From the NCBI GenBank assembly GCA_020851595.1, contig JADZCK010000015.1, positions 1,047 through 25,046 on the forward strand: DNA of 24,000 bases, read 5' to 3'. This DNA comes from Candidatus Nomurabacteria bacterium (GTDB lineage: Bacteria; Patescibacteriota; Minisyncoccia; Phycocordibacterales; UBA9973). Position 1 is the stretch's first letter, and the number at the start of each line of letters is the position of its first letter. This document shows, piece by piece, positions 23,701-24,000 of this stretch. The translations under genes and the position numbers were made by a program. The notes below the pieces were generated by a model. That model was not told where the DNA came from. It searched no databases and was given only the letters and a program-made list of their open reading frames with translations.

Positions 23701-23811
23701 ACAACACACCAGAAACCCAAAAACGGAATATTTGGGTTTCTAGCTGAAACAAACGAAGAATATATAAAAAGGGCGATAAAATATGCCACTGAACACAATA
23801 TTGAAATGTAA
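20764..23811 (+). CDS. Large E/K-rich membrane protein (1015 aa)
   Basis: Coiled-coil-like N-terminal part. Hydrophobic segments are AAAMFVGGTIGTTITAIAAPAIGGVVGYY and ALFGAGFATAGYIARWAG. No family recognised. Confidence 0.75.
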   Translation: MTMDQPPKNGEEIKNEKILLEIEETLKIIEKAKEEAIWQLSQRQAIINPNDEERMAIADFKEQIEFFEREKRNLERRKAEILNTQNESPTPEPEKQPQEAENPEDVFGLGEETPANLQPELEIEPESTTKILPTETPQAVGEQTQPEQEKQQEKTEELKGEIKTFVEELKLEALLPKEFNKLTEAQQTKVIQDLKRRIVDIVKSDAQTQYAEKLKDRALWNSGILKIFEFVEKAQNALYKKEKDLQNTENEIFTRFIKQNRTTNELIKQDLEILTARTKGRDVVVENGKAYFNYFTGSSVLMAGEPNVHNFNEKTHGFVNMPYEWGQEKSGKNKKTYDNAKREYEETRKIILKQENITPKEKARLTQKMLETDNLVKMEQLLNTHPEFEKALKDFGESAKGLELIKTGKKFLKSITLEREKLMTAKTKTRWSTKAAAMFVGGTIGTTITAIAAPAIGGVVGYYRGRMRAKETLTERQIKARHGEKDESEEATNTEDVEKLNKRMEGILEAFEKAGTEEEKAKKLDQIKRRIEYTQNKIESKLVNFGDSKNALNNQFNLVNNLNKALIIAASLEQTTRKDIDARLKQFLSYKTKNINEVQTVFIKKQARNSALFGAGFATAGYIARWAGEHFGWWERTDKIKTETPKITKEVKPELEKTDNSIKQEIIPSKTPTPKLTQTPNPTNTPEIKTVEKIKPEVPIEKEIVAPVGKVAEVFKEESITFNKGSGGIQGIIDLRSQIKNHYKGDYSGAPQSVQEFMKEKNVMNLAKKLGFFDPDRRDGKESALIQEGSVLKFDEKGNLLFGKPDANGNVPVLEKYHGKMFDSDHNATASENTEIAEQNNTKTHTIGLKEETFPTKEGHLNPGTAENIYAPKKHSLGTGEEKSFFADKIEKIKNLKEQIEANIDAERTEGLSVDENLTPTDNSINETYNNTINSIFRESKNGNWATIRDVGTNHFLHSNNYNEENYINLKNYINKLIETTHQKPKNGIFGFLAETNEEYIKRAIKYATEHNIEM

Positions 23812-23832
23812 ATTTTGTGTTATATTTGATTG

Positions 23833-24000
23833 GTGACAAACCGAGAAGAACACTTAAGGGGTCTAAATAAACAACAAAAAGAGGCGGCGCTTCATATGGA
23901 GGGTCCGCTTCTTGTTGTGGCAGGAGCTGGAGCAGGAAAAACAAAAACAATCACACATAGAATAGTAAATTTAATAAAAAATGGCATAACTCCAGATAAA
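23833..24000 (+). CDS. UvrD/PcrA-family ATP-dependent DNA helicase, 5' fragment (runs off the window)
   Basis: The translation is [56 protein letters not shown]. It contains the Q-motif-like LNxxQxxA and Walker A GAGAGKT. The start is GTG 23833 or TTG 23830. Confidence 0.85.
   Translation, partial: MTNREEHLRGLNKQQKEAALHMEGPLLVVAGAGAGKTKTITHRIVNLIKNGITPDK

Overview
Low-GC, gene-dense bacterial chromosome segment that looks like a Patescibacteria/CPR-type genome. It has small housekeeping genes, E/K-rich membrane proteins, -10 boxes only 6-15 nt from several start codons, and four tRNAs without encoded CCA next to a CCA-adding enzyme. Recognisable genes are: a DUF559 endonuclease, an NYN-domain protein, rpsO, a Xer-type tyrosine recombinase, a SAM methyltransferase, exonuclease III, murI, a TMEM175/DUF1211 channel, cca, a YraN-family protein, a ZIP transporter, a TrmB-like regulator, a LysM/M23 peptidase and the 5' end of a UvrD/PcrA helicase. 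The stand-out feature is a ~3.5 kb compositionally foreign operon at ~12469-15977. It holds four same-strand GC-rich ORFs, of which only a DEDDh 3'-5' exonuclease is recognisable. They sit behind one host-style AT-rich promoter and end at one strong terminator. The three unusually long spacers (262, 301 and 385 nt) carry a textbook type III hammerhead ribozyme (14869-14931), two families of near-identical 54-nt hairpin repeats (A x2, B x2) and several further hairpins. I read this as a horizontally acquired multi-gene system whose polycistronic RNA is cut and insulated into separate units; its function is unknown. Secondary observations are: structured direct repeats with compensatory changes bracketing the DUF559 gene; a duplicated 5' fragment of tRNA-Gly; an A9 tract splitting a ~416-codon reading frame; motifs shared among adjacent E/K-rich proteins; and a long structured leader, possibly ydaO/c-di-AMP-like, upstream of the LysM/M23 peptidase. 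All calls come from reading the sequence and the ORF track. No database search or folding program was run.
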